From contig QPMI01000500.1 in the NCBI GenBank assembly GCA_004431415.1, forward strand, positions 1-64,000: a stretch of 64,000 bases of DNA, read 5' to 3'. Position numbers and translations under genes: made by a program. The stretch's first letter is position 1. The number at the start of each line of letters is the position of its first letter. Below, piece after piece: positions 32,380 to 45,293 of this stretch. Origin of the DNA: Cyanophora paradoxa CCMP329. Taxonomy: Eukaryota; Plantae; Glaucophyta. The notes beneath the pieces were generated by a model. It ran no database searches. It was not told where the DNA came from and was given only the letters and a program-made list of their open reading frames with translations.

Positions 32380-32796
32380 TTAACTCACGATCCTTCCGTT
32401 TTGACCCGCATACGTTTTCGTTTCAACGAGACCCTCTCTCCGAAGCTGACGATCTTGCTTCGATCTAGCAGTCGCTCTTTCAATCTTAGACTGGTCAGGT
32501 AGTTCTTGTGGCGCACGAATCTCGGATGGTTTAACACGTCTAGAAATTTCCACACCTTGCTTTGTAATTAACCTAACACGGTTCTTATCAACGCCAGCAA
32601 CAACGTAGGTCTCTTTGCTTGGTTTCGCCAGACCCTTTGCAAACACGCTTGGCTTAGGCTCAAGTATCTTCACCTCCGAACCTGGTTTAGGCATATTTGT
32701 GTTCTCTCGTTCAATATCGTTCTGTCGCTGTCGAACTTGATGTAGCTGCTCGGCAACCTGTGTTTTTTCACGCATCCACGTTGGTGATCGCTCTTC
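32380..32796 (-). pseudogene. C-terminal fragment of the B rve integrase, truncated by A2
   Basis: PGSEVKI...FAKG..KPSKETYVV...IS RRVKPSEI...RREGL parallels the A integrase C-terminus PGMFVRV...FAKQGNNWSRMVYTV...RREGI. Confidence 0.7.
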
Positions 32797-33690
32797 ACAC
32801 ATAGTAAAATGCGGAGTTTTAACCCTCGGCTTATCTTAATTGATTTTGTTGATATATCTCGTATATTCTATTTCAATCAATCGATAATCTGTGTATATCT
32901 TATCGAATATTCATTTATTTCGATTATTTTGTATTCTTTTCGATATTTTATCGTAAATTTCTCTTATTTTCCGATTAGTCTTACTGAGTTAATCGATAAT
33001 CTGTATATATTTCCGAATAATATAACTGAATCTCAATTAGATCTTGCCTCTGGTTAAAACTCCGCATTTTACTATGTGTGATTGGTCTGTTTGTTAATTG
33101 ATTTAATCGATATTATATTCATGTACTTTCTCGATTAAATTTAATTAAATTTAATTCATTTAATCGGAAATATATCGCTAAACTCGATTAAGATCCATAA
33201 ATGATTCATTTGTTAAATAAAACAAATCGATCTCTTATTGAATCCAATCGTAATTATACATGAAACTTATATGTTTTTATCATGTTTTAATGATTCTAAG
33301 GGGGGACCCTTAGGATTTTTGAAATAATTGGGTGTGACAGGTGTGACAGGTGTGACAGGTCCATCCCAAGGAAAGTCCTAGTGAGAAATTGATTTTGAAA
33401 ATCCACGGGATAGACCTGTCACACCTGTCACACAAACCATATTCAGTAAGGACCTCATATATTGGTAAAATCTCAGTGTTAGTTGGTGTAGTTGATTCAA
33501 AAAATGCATTTATACTCTGATTCATTGTTATTTCCTGTGAAATTTGAGTCAACTCAACCCACTTAGTCAACCCTTGCATTGAATTCGTAACAAAATCCAT
33601 ATACTTTTACTACTTTTACGATTAATATGAGTCAACCTTGAGTCCACTTAAATATAAATATAATATAATAGGGGGAATCAAGGGGAATGT
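32797..33690. repeat. A2 left TIR
   Basis: Reverse complement of the right TIRs of A1 and A2. Confidence 0.93.
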
Positions 33691-33882
33691 TGAGTTTTAC
33701 TGTAATGAAATCGAATAGTATTCGAAATCTTACATTTGTAGGTTTAGGATGCATTCATATTTTGGCTACATCATACAGTAGAATTCTATTGTAAACAATG
33801 TCCGGAATCCGGAAAATAATCATTGTAGAAAGCTATTGTAATAAAAAAGATAAATTACCCTGTTTATCATTATAGAAACCCA

Positions 33883-34281
33883 TCAAAACGGGAATCTATC
33901 ATGTTTATGTCTCTCAGTCTTCTCAAATGTTAAGAAATTCATTGTTTTATCGATCTCATCTGCAACTGCTTGTGTTTTATGCTGAGCTTCTTTACCACAA
34001 CTGAATATATCAATTGCTAACATGCCTTCATTGGAATAACAATGAGCTGTGCAATGGCTTTCATCTAATAGCAGAACCAATGCAAAACCAGGAGGTGATA
34101 GTTTGCCATCAAATATCTCACAATGCTTATGAACAATCCTAATACCTTGTCTCAATACTGCTTGTTCAAGGGTTCCCATAATCCAATTACCTAGGAAGCT
34201 AACATGCTCATAACCTGTTGCTATAGCTGATTTAGCCTTGTAATCAAGCATAACATGAAAGCCTCTGTATTTAGTCTCCAT
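33883..34281 (-). CDS. speD: S-adenosylmethionine decarboxylase proenzyme (prokaryotic class 1B-like)
   Basis: LLLDESHCTAHCY...AIDIFSCG carries the ESH self-cleavage motif and DxFxCG. Confidence 0.85.
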   Translation of the reverse strand: METKYRGFHVMLDYKAKSAIATGYEHVSFLGNWIMGTLEQAVLRQGIRIVHKHCEIFDGKLSPPGFALVLLLDESHCTAHCYSNEGMLAIDIFSCGKEAQHKTQAVADEIDKTMNFLTFEKTERHKHDRFPF

Positions 34282-34304
34282 TAAGAATACCTTAGAAAAA
34301 TTAA

Positions 34305-34577
34305 CTAGTCAAACCTAATGCAAATATCCCTATACTCTACTCTGATTGATGAAGTAGCTCTTTTCCTGTGTGCTTGACTCTTTCTTTTGTTACAGTCCCT
34401 GCAACCTGATCCCTTCACATGATTAAAGGGATAGGTAAGGATCACCTTATTACACTGCAAACATCTCACAGATACTTTCTCTTGAGCTTTGATGTAATGT
34501 GTCTCACTGTAATCGAATTTATCTTTACCATGAACTGTCATAGCAGCATCAATAAACTTTTTTGTTTTACTATCCAT
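34305..34577 (-). CDS. Small zinc-ribbon protein (DUF723-like)
   Basis: KFIDAAMTVHGKDKFDYSETHY...C..C...NHVKGSGCRDC. Confidence 0.7.
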   Translation of the reverse strand: MDSKTKKFIDAAMTVHGKDKFDYSETHYIKAQEKVSVRCLQCNKVILTYPFNHVKGSGCRDCNKRKSQAHRKRATSSIRVEYRDICIRFD

Positions 34578-34599
34578 ACTCTATATATAATCAACATTC

Positions 34600-35435
34600 T
34601 TATGGAGCAGTATCCTGCCCAAAAATGGGGAAATATCGATTTGTCCCATAGTACTCAGCATAGGTATTCTGCCTTGCAATAAAATCGGTTCTCTCTGCAT
34701 ATAATACACATTTGTAGATACCAAACTTGGTGGCTCTCACTAAGAACTGATAATCTTCCAAACCGAAATTGACTCCATGATAAGCAATACCAAAATTATC
34801 ATATGGGGTGATCACAACAGCAAAATTAGGAGTTCCACCCTCTACTTGGCAAACAGCATAAACATCAGGTGGAATATCAACAACTACCTTATAGTGGTCA
34901 CCAATCTCAACAAGAGAGTCTACTACTGCTGTTTGTTCATTCACAACAATTGGGAATATCTTGATTATATAGGGGGCATTCATGCTGGGACATAGGTTCG
35001 AATTCTTGTATTGGGATCAATGGGATTGGGTTGATCATTCACAAATAGAGGCGCTCCAACAGCCCCACCAACCCTAAGACCATCACCAATATATGCTCCC
35101 CCCGATTTGCAGTTAATAGCTCCAGACCTAGATTCAAAAGAATAAGTAGACAGAGGATCTCCATAGCTATCTGGGTCTCCATAATGAGCAGAAAAGTTTG
35201 CATTTGTGACAAGTAGCTTAGTTGTCTTAACTATTCCATTATTTTTATCACATCTGAGTTCCTGCAATCTCAGTTTGTGGGTGGAACCAAAAGTATTCAT
35301 GGTAGGTTGGACCTCTGTGGATTGGAGACCTTCCACATCATCAAAAGTAGCATGCTGTAAAACATGGTTTGCTGGGGCAGCTAATGATAGCTGTGGTGTT
35401 ATAATTCGCTCTATTGGTGTGGGTGCCTCTGCCAT
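34600..35435 (-). CDS. Fibre/virion paralog 1 (one frameshift)
   Basis: Homolog of 1176-2003. Confidence 0.65.
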
Positions 35436-35458
35436 TTTACATTAAAGGGATATATCTT

Positions 35459-36303
35459 TTATGGGGTTGGGTCATCAATAATATCTGGCTCTTGGTAAAA
35501 CCCTGTAACTGAAAGAGTATCAGGAGTTACACCTCTAAGAGCTGATACAGCGGCTATATCTGTTCTCAAACCGATAAGAGTTATAGTATATAACCCAATA
35601 TCTGTAACAAACAAGTCAAAGGTGAAATTATTATTATAAACACAGTAGCCATAACCGAAATGATTATATCCCTGAACATTGAAATAGTATTTATGACCTA
35701 CTTGATTGTTGTTGGCTCTACAAAGGGAAAGCATTGCAGATGGAATCGCAAGACCTCTCAGTACTCTTTTGGTTCCTTCAATTAATTCCGAGTTTTCAAG
35801 AGTAACAGTATATCCAATGTAAAATTGAATTAATGGCTGCTGTGCAACAGGAGTATATAATCGAATTCGTTGGGGTCTTCCACATTTTGCTCTAGAGTAT
35901 CTGGGACATCATTATACGAAATGGAGGATGAGAGTTGACCTGACACTCTGCAACCTCCCCCAATAAATGCTCCTCCTGATCTCACAGTAACAGCAGCAGT
36001 ATTCTTGTCGAAATCTAGGGCTTTCAGGGCAACACTGTAAGCATCAGGACCTCCATTTGTAGGCTGGAAGAAGTTAGCATTGGTGACAAGAAGTCGAGTT
36101 GTTTTAACCACACCAGAATTCTTATCAGCTCTCAGCTCTTTTACTCGAATAATCGAATTTTTATCAAAGGAGTTACCATTGGAATTGGGTCTCTCTGTGG
36201 ATTCTAAACCACGAACCTCATCATTTACTTCATGCTGGCGAAAATGCATTGCAGGGGATCCAAGGGAATATATAGGCAGTTGAACTCGATTATATTCACC
36301 CAT
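35459..36303 (-). CDS. Fibre/virion paralog 2 (frameshifted)
   Basis: Homolog of 2027-2867. Confidence 0.65.
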
Positions 36304-36352
36304 TGCTTCTTTTACTAAGAAGGAAAGAAAAATAATGCGAAATATGCATTTA

Positions 36353-39300
36353 TTATGGGATTCCATATGCTGTCCAATGGATTGTGCAAGTAATACTTCG
36401 ACTTTCAGATAGAGTAGGGGATGCTATGAATGTCACATAAATTGTTGTATAGGTAGATGTGGAGTTTGAGATTCCAATTCTAAAATCTACATCCCAGGGT
36501 TTGTTGCAGGAGTTCCTTCAAGTGTGGCAGTTACAACAGGTGTCTTAGTGTAAAAAGCAGGATCCCAATTCAAAACCTGTGCATGCTGTGTTCTCTGACC
36601 TGCGCTTATAACACCACTTGTAGCCTGATATTTGCCTGATTAAACCGCCTTTCCATATCATGCCATGAGGGGACTTGGCTAATTGTGTTGGTGGTTCCTG
36701 CATTCATTGCATAAAATGCCCTTGCATAAGCATTTCCTCTGCAGAGCAAGGTTTTATCATAGAAGTTTGCTGAATTGTGGAAGAACCAAGTTTCCTCATT
36801 TGTAGGCGATGCAGGGGCTACTATTTGACCTGATCCTACATACATAGTATTATTTGCAGTGATTGTATTGGCTGTGAATGGGTCTAAACTTGGAGATCTG
36901 TGATTTCTGATTTAGTATGAGTATGGGCGAAATCTGTAATATTTGCCTTTGTGTGAGTATGGCAAAGTCGGTGATATCTGATTTAGTGTGAGAGTGAGGT
37001 CCGACAGTTGTAGAAGCTGTTGGTTTCCATAAATGTTATCCCAATGCAAGAAGCCGCTATGTGAGGATACAGTGGGTTCTTGCTCCAACCTACAAGACCC
37101 ACAAGATAAATCCTTCCTATTCGCCCTTGAACACCCACTTTACTCAGCCCTTCACAATTCACTCCGACATATTGCCTATACTCTACACTTGGGTCACTAC
37201 CAGGAGAATAAGCATTTACTCTCGAAAGTGTATAAGAATTCGTTGATGGATAAACTCCCACAACATCGAAGTATCTGCTATTATATTGACACACATAGAA
37301 GATATAGCATGTTTTCATTCCCGCAGGGACAGTCCATAACATCTTGTAGCCACTACAATCTTCATCACCAGAAGCCCATGTGTTTGCTCCTGAGTAAGGA
37401 GATATAAATGTGAAAAATCTCCAATCGCCTGTGCGATCTGTTGAAAGACCATTTGTGGCATCAAAGTTGATGGGGATGTGTATGTTGGTTTATTTATCAG
37501 ATCATCGTAATTTCCTGTCGTTGCAACAGTTGCAAGATTAGGTCTATCTGTGATATTTGACCAAGCATGAGTATGGTTGCAGGAGGAATGTTAAAGGTTT
37601 ATCTGTGATATTGTTCCATGCATGACTGTGAGTTTGAAGTGCAACACCCAATTCGGTTTCATCTATATAATTTTTGCTTTGCAGGTAATCGTCTGTGACC
37701 ACACCTGAAAGGGTCTCGTTGTGCAGGTTTTTAGCCGCCATTCTCTGATTGGCTTCAATAGCCCCACCTGATAGCGTTTTAATCCAAGCGATCTCAGCTT
37801 TACTGTAATTATCAGTTGGTTGCCCAACAAGTGGAATATAATTGAGTTTATCCCGAGTGAAAACTATCTTAGGTCTTGATCCATCCAAGCTGCTTACATC
37901 TGTCACATTCACATGGACAGCTGCTGAGAAGTCTTGATAACCCGCAGGATTGGAGGGAACACCGAACCCATCCTTTGGAATATCGTTTTTGTAATAGCTT
38001 GTCACATAGATATTCGGGAAAGTGTCACCCGGGTTAACATACGCCATATCTTGCACTCGGAATTGAGGCAAGCTTCGGACAAATAGAGGTCCTGTCATTG
38101 CACTGCCCGCATCAGCCCCTTTGAGGTGAACATAATGCTCATTCAAAATAGTTCTTTCCGCAATATTGCAGGATTTATAAAGGGAAACCCCATATTCACA
38201 GGTTCGACCTTTGAGAATTCAGGTTGGTTATTGATCTCATCCCATGTATGCTCATGGGTTGTAGGTGGAATATTGAAGGTCTATCTGTGATATTCGACCA
38301 AGCATGAGTGTGGTTTTGTATCCATCCCTGCACCACATTGGATGTTGTGTAGTTTGGAATTATAGCGTTTGAACCTACTATTAAATTTTTAATGTGGACA
38401 TAGTCAGAAGAAATTCGCAGATTTTCGGGATAATAAAGCGATTGCGTTTTTGGGAAGCCGTAATAATCCTGAATATAGTATCTCACCCTTTGCTTCTCTT
38501 CAAACGTTAATGCTCTATTGAAAATGATGTATTCGGCTATATCACCTATGAAATAGTTAACACCCATCCTACTGAAAGTTGAAGGTGGAAGGTAATTTGT
38601 TCCTGTAAAGGTTCCTACATCTTGTCCTCTGATTCCAAAGGTTATGCTGTTTGAAGTTATGGTGGTGTCCCAATAATTAGCTGAATGGAAGCATAATTGG
38701 TGTTCACTCGTGGGGCTGTGTAACCCACTCCATTACTTGTGAATGAATACAAACCAAATGATAATGACGATCCATACCCAAACTCTATTTTATGGTTCCA
38801 TCAGGAGAACCAAAATCTAAATGAACTGTTTGCCAATTTGGTGCAGAGTAGTGACTACCTACATAGAACAGTGTCATGCCCTCTGACCAATCAACGGATA
38901 CATTATAGTTAATGAATGCCGAGGCAGTATATCCACCTGACTTTCTTACTACTTTTTGGTTGTTGAATAAAGGATTTGCTACGACAGCACCACTGCTCCC
39001 GAAAAATGGGAATGTTATCCCTGAAATAAACGGAACAGCTGATGTTGCCCTATTGGGGATGAACTGTGACTGAGGATTTGTATTAACAGGAAGCCCATCC
39101 ATTCTCATTGTTAAAAGGCATTTCGGTGTGGTTTTGGCAGGGTCAGTGTTGGAAGTAATGGGGTAATAGGGTGGATCATAGTAGACATCGATTTCTGTAT
39201 TTCCGTCTCCTATTTTCAGCTTTCCCTTCACATTCAGGTTACATGTAACTGTAAGATTGCTACCAATCCAAGCGGATCCTGTGTTGCTACTGTTTATTGA

Positions 39301-42300
39301 TTTCACTGTTCCATGCACATCCAAATTACTTGTGGTAAGATTGCTTGTTATAATAAGATTTCCATCTATTGTTCCCCCTGATTTTGGCAAGTAGTTGTTG
39401 AGCCACCCTAATGTAACATTACTACTTGTGAGAGGAGCCAAGAGTTCGTTTAATGTAGCTGCACTCACCTTCGAGACAAGCCATCCCTGAACAGTATTTG
39501 AAGAGGTTAGAGGAGCTATTTGAGCATTCACAGTTGCTGTATCAGCCTTAGTAGCAAGCCATCCCTGAACTGTGTTAGAAGAGGTTAGAGGAGCTATCTG
39601 AGCATTCACAGTCGCTGTATCAGCCTTTGGAGCCAACCAACCCTGCACCACATTGGACGTAGTGTAGTTTGGAATGGTAGCGTTTGAACTAACTATTATG
39701 TTCTCAATGTGAACATAATCAGCAGCGATTCGTAGATTGTCAGGATAATACAGTGATTGCGTTTTTGGAAAACCGTAATAATCCTGAATATAATATCTCA
39801 CCCTTTGCTTCTCCTCAAACGACAAGGCTCTGTTGAAAATGATGTACTCGGCTACATCACCTATGAAATAGTCGACTCCCATTCGATTGAAAGTTGAAGC
39901 GGGAAGGTAATTTGTTCCTGTAAATGTTCCTACATCTTGTCCCCCAATACCAAAGGTTATAGCATTAGAAGTTATGGTGGTGTCCCAATAATTGGCTGAG
40001 TGTGAGGCATAGTTAGTATTTACTCTTGGAGCTGGGTAACTCACCCCATTGCTCGTAAATGAATACAAGCCAAATGATAAAGATGACACATACCCAAATG
40101 CTATTTTATGGTTTCCATCAGGAGAACCAAAATCTAAATGAACTGTTTGCCAATTTGGTGCAGAGTAGTGACTACCTACATAGAACAGTGTCATGCCCTC
40201 TGACCAATCAACAGTCACAGAGTAGTTTATGAATGCCGCCGCAGTATACCCACCTGACTTTCTTACCACTTTTCGGTTGTTCAATGCAGCATTAGCTGCA
40301 ACAGTTCCACTACTTCCCAAAATGGGAAAGTAATCCCTGAAATAAATGGCACAGCTGCTGTCGCTCTATTGGGGATGAACTGATTGTAAGGATTTGTGTT
40401 AACAGGAAGCCCATCCATTCTCATTGTATAGAGGCATTTCGAAATGGTTGTAGCAGGGTCAGTGTTGGAATTAATTGGGTAGTAGGGTGTGTCATATGTC
40501 ACATTCAATAGAGTTCCATAGGTTCCTAATTCGAAGTTGCTGGATACTTTCAGACTGCCTGCAATGGTGACATTATTACTTGTATAAATGTTACTTGTGT
40601 AAAGGTTGCTTGTGTAAATATTACTATTAACTGTCAGGTTTCCTGTGATTGTCCCACCCACCAGAGGAAGATACTTGGATAATTCGGCTGCAAGTTCATT
40701 TTTAGTTACATAATTTGCGAGCATAGCAAGGGTGACTATATTCACAAGAACAACAGCAGTAAGGTAATCCTCTGTGACTACTCTCGAAATGCTCTCATTG
40801 TGTATGTTTTTTGCAGCCATTCTTTGATTGGCTTCAAGAACCCCACCATAATTCGTTTTGATCCATGCAAGCTCTGCCCTCCCATAGTTATCATTTGCAG
40901 TTCCCACTATGGGAATGTAGGAATATTTATCTCGACTGAAAACTATCATTGGTCTTGAGCCATCTAAACTGCTTACATCTGCAACATGAACCTGTATAGC
41001 AGAGTTAAAGTTTTGGTAGGTTGCTGGGTCTGTTGGGACTCTGAATGTATCTGTGGGAATGTCAGCCTCCATGTAGCTTGACACAAAGATATTTGGTATG
41101 GTCGCTCCTGGTTCAGGTGGTGGATTATAAGAGCCTGGTAGTGTCCTAATATGAAGTGGTCCTCTCATAGCTGAATTTGCAAGTGTCCCATTCACATGTA
41201 CATAGTGTTCATTCAAAAAGATTCTTTCTGGGACATTACAAGTCTGATAAAGAGAAACCCCCAAGTTATCAAGAGGCTCTACCTTTGCGAATTCTGGTTG
41301 GTCATTAATCTCATCCCAAGTGTGTTCATGTTTGATTGGTGGAAATTCTTCTGGTATTCCATCAATTTCTCCCCAATCATGCCTGTGGTCCTCTGGTGGA
41401 TACTTTTGAGGTTTACCTAATATCTCATCCCAGTCATGGTTGTGATCCTCTGGTGGATATCTGGCTGGTTTATTGTTGATCTGCTCCCAATCAGGGAAGA
41501 ATTCCCAAATCTCTGGGCGAAATCCATCTGGTAATAGTTCCTCATGGGGTTCATAAGGTTGCTCATAATCAACAGCTGGTGGATCATGCCCATCTGGCAA
41601 ATACTCCTCATCAGGTTCATAGTTCTGCTCATACTCAAACTCTTGTGGATCTAAGCCATCTGGTAGTATCTCCTCCTCATTGGGGTCAAACTGATCATAT
41701 TCATATTCTTGTGGGTCAAAACCATCTGGTAAATACTCTTCCTCATCTGGAACGAATTGATATTCATCAAGCTCTAATATGTCGACTTCAGGAGGTAAAT
41801 ACTGCTCATCTATTTGCTTTCTGGGTTCAATTATAGGTTTATTGCGAACTTGCTCCCAACTCACAATATGCTGCCCAAAGGCTACATCTTCAGTTGCTGT
41901 GTACTCTCTGCCTGGTTGCTTTTTCGGTGTTAAATCCGGTGGATCCCATGGAAGAGGAAGGGAACTGGGACAGGTCCATAATACTCAAAGATCTCTCTTA
42001 TGGTCTTCTCACTTACAAGCTTCTCACCATTTGCATACACATTGCTGCCATGGATATTTCGCCATTGCCTGGTTCGAATTCCAAGGTCTTTCACATTGCT
42101 ATACAAAGGCAAAAGGTGCCTATCCATTTCAACAAGATCAGGATGTAAATGGATTGCTACTGGTTGACTGGGGCTACTGTTGATTGTAATTGATGGCTTT
42201 TTTTGATGGACATCTTTTGGAGTAAAGAACCCAAAAGGCTCATTCCTTGCAAAGTCATATGTAATATCCTTGGGGTAGACATCATTTGTGTAGGAGACCT

Positions 42301-42754
42301 GATTTGTGTTGGCAATGGGACCTACTTGCAATACTTGGGGGACCTCAGCTTTTGCAGTGCTGCCCTCATTGTAAATTCGCAAACCTGTGTTCTGTTTGCC
42401 CTGCTCATCTTGAACATTGAAAATCAATCGACCACTATCAAACCTAGAAGGTATATCTGGGTGAGTGCCACTGGTTTTGAGTTTCCTAGGTCTCCTTCTT
42501 GTTGCTTTGATCTCTGCCACTTGGTTTGCTTTCACATTACCCAAGCTAAAAGCAACACTAACTTCCTCCTTATCTGGATCGGTTTGATTCACAGATAAAG
42601 CATGCTCCCTTGATTGAGTCTTGGATGAATTATCGGAACTGTGGTCAATCGAAACTGAACCCTTTACTTTAATATTATCAAAGTTCACATGCTTGGTGCT
42701 GCTTGCATTATCATCTTGAATGGTTTCTAGATTTGGTGGGTAATTGAAGCTCAT
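36353..42754 (-). CDS. Long modular fibre protein (~2100 aa, several frameshifts) with duplicated LamG/concanavalin-like domains
   Basis: ORF chain from 41930-42754 to 36606-36845. GD(I/V)AEYIIFNRAL.FEEKQRVRYYI occurs twice. Also 22-aa TSSNTVQGWL repeats and YLP..GGT motifs. Confidence 0.75.
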
Positions 42755-42797
42755 GGCTTTTACTATATGGATTTATAAAATTCCTGATAAGTAAAAG

Positions 42798-44346
42798 ATG
42801 CCCTTGAAAATCTGCCTGTCTTTATCAGGGGAGGTGCAAGGGCATTATCATAACCAGGCTGCTAAAAGAAATCGAAAATCGAACTGGCAGGAGAATAATC
42901 GATCTTGTGGATCTTGTGAGTGGAACTTCCACTGGTGGATCATTGCAATAGGTTTGAATATAAGGCATCCTGATAAACCAGGTGAACCTAAACTGACAGC
43001 AAACGATTTACACAATATTTACCTAACTCAACTGCCCTTGATTTTCGCAAATCCTCGAAATATAATCGAAAATGCCCTTTTTAATACAAAGTATGATGTG
43101 GGACCCTTGGAGACTGCAATCAATTCAGTTACTGGTGAATCACTAATACAGGATTCCCTAAAGGACATTGTGATCACATCCTTTGATACTCAGAATATGA
43201 AACCAATATTTATCACAAATGACAACAATTACAACTTTATGCCTTGTAAGATTGCTGCTAGGGCTACTTCTGCTGCTCCTACATATTTCTCTCCTGTAAG
43301 CATTGTTGATTTCAATCGGGAGTATATGTCTGTCTAATTGATGGTGCCATTTCGGGAAACAATAATCCCAGTGTGTGTGGTTACAGCCATGCAAAGAAAA
43401 TTTACAGTGATGATGATGATATTATAGTAATAAGTATATCTTGTGGAGAGGTGGACCCACATTTAGAGTCTGATTATGTGGGTTATGCTTATGAGACTGT
43501 CAACAGCTGGGGCATTCTCTCATGGATTGCCTCAACAGATGGAAGCCCATTGATTAACATGCTCATGGCTGCAAGTGAGCTTTCTGCCCTTGATAAGATG
43601 GAGGAGTTGTTACCCTACAACTATGATCAGGATTATGGGAGATACTATAGGCTATCAGTCCCACTTCCAAATCATATAGTAAGCTCCCTGGATGACACTT
43701 CTAAAATCCCAGACATGCTTGCATTCACTGAAACATACATTGCAGCAAACAATGATATGATTAATAAGCTTTGCAGCATTCTAGTAGCAAACTATGAATT
43801 AAAGAACCCTTCAAAGGCTTACATATCATCCACTCTCACTACATCACCTCCTTTGGATGCAAATTGGTATCAGCTTGCAGATGATGCCTTCACTGCCTCA
43901 TCCTCTGTGACAGGTAAAGAGCCTTTCATGGCTAGACCTTCAGCATTTGGCTGGGAAGCTGGAGCCTATGCTCCTGAGCAGATATGGGAAACCCCACTGA
44001 ATACCTTCAAGTTGCTTTCCCATATACTTCGAACTCTCCTCTGTTATTGCCTATGGTTCAGGGGACACCAATGCTTTTATTAAGACTTTCAATGTGGCAA
44101 CATCCACTGATGGATCAACTGGTCTTTTATTCGATCAGATGGGCAGAACAAAATATATGTCTGTGAGAACATTAACAATGCTCACAACTCAGGTGATGTG
44201 GCTCTATTGAGTGGATTTCCTCTCAGCATCAAGGATGCTTTTTACATAGGTTTTCTCTCAGAATCAAGTATATTCGCATTTATCCCCTTGTGTATGTGAA
44301 TGCTCCCACAATGAGAGTGGACTTTACAGGTGCCTTTATTCGATAA
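42798..44346 (+). CDS. Patatin-discoidin fusion (frameshifted)
   Basis: Homolog of 8659-10212. Confidence 0.8.
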
Positions 44347-45264
44347 ACTCCAACTGAAAAGAATTGTCGATTCCATTCATATCAATCAGTTCACCAAAGT
44401 AATCTTTAAACTCCACAGTGAGTTCCCTTATCACCAGGTTCTGTCATTTATCTGAATGAATTCGGCATGCTCACCACTATGGTAAACATAGCCGCCTATA
44501 TCTTTACTCAATTGCAGTCTAAGGATTGCCCCCTGGTTATGTGGTTGCGATTTCGGGATTATATTGTGTCTGCTGGCAAAGGGGACAGCTCTTTAATATG
44601 CATGTACAGATACTGCTCAGCATTCATATCAGACATCTTCCTGCTGTCAAAATAATATTGCAAGGGCTTTGAGGAGAGTCTGGGTCCTGAGAAGGTGATT
44701 CCCCATGCTGGGTGATCAGGTGTAATAGGTTTGCCATCATACTTTAAAAGGTTCTCAGGTCGATAGGGAGATCCACCAGCAGGAGGAGTGCTATAATAAC
44801 CATTGGTGTATTCAGTAGAACTCACACCCAAAAGCTTCCCTATTCTCTGGTTGCTTGCAATAAAACGAAACTCATGGTTACTGTAAAACTCCACTTTATA
44901 GGTAGTTGGGTATAGAATATCTTGAACTCAAAAGCTACTGTTTTGCCTGCAATGGTTTGGAAGCTTGAATAGTTCAGCCCATAATTATAAGGGTGTGTTA
45001 CCCCAAAATGACCCTGGTTAATGTAGCCACTGGGAAGGGATACACTTTCTGTGTGATGATTTCATTGTATGAACCATCTTGGTAATTAAACTGAACTGTT
45101 AGATGATCAGTTCCCACACTGTTATAGATACTGTTTGGAATCTCTGCATAGAGAACCCTGCATTCCCTTGGTCTCTCTACTGGAGTTGTGAGAGTGACCC
45201 TGTAAGAGTTTTCATTTTGTCCTTGGCTTCTATCCCTGCTATCAATATTAACAAGTCGATTCAT
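44336..45264 (-). CDS. Penton 1 (frameshifted)
   Basis: Homolog of 10202-11134. Confidence 0.78.
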
Positions 45265-45293
45265 TTTAATATATAAATATAGATAAAAGAAGA

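Larger units (their letters stand above)
27461..32796. mobile_element. Truncated second Polinton-like virus (B)
   Basis: Own penton, MCP, ATPase and integrase fragment. CpG-rich, unlike A. Cut by the A2 terminus. Left boundary uncertain. Confidence 0.8.
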
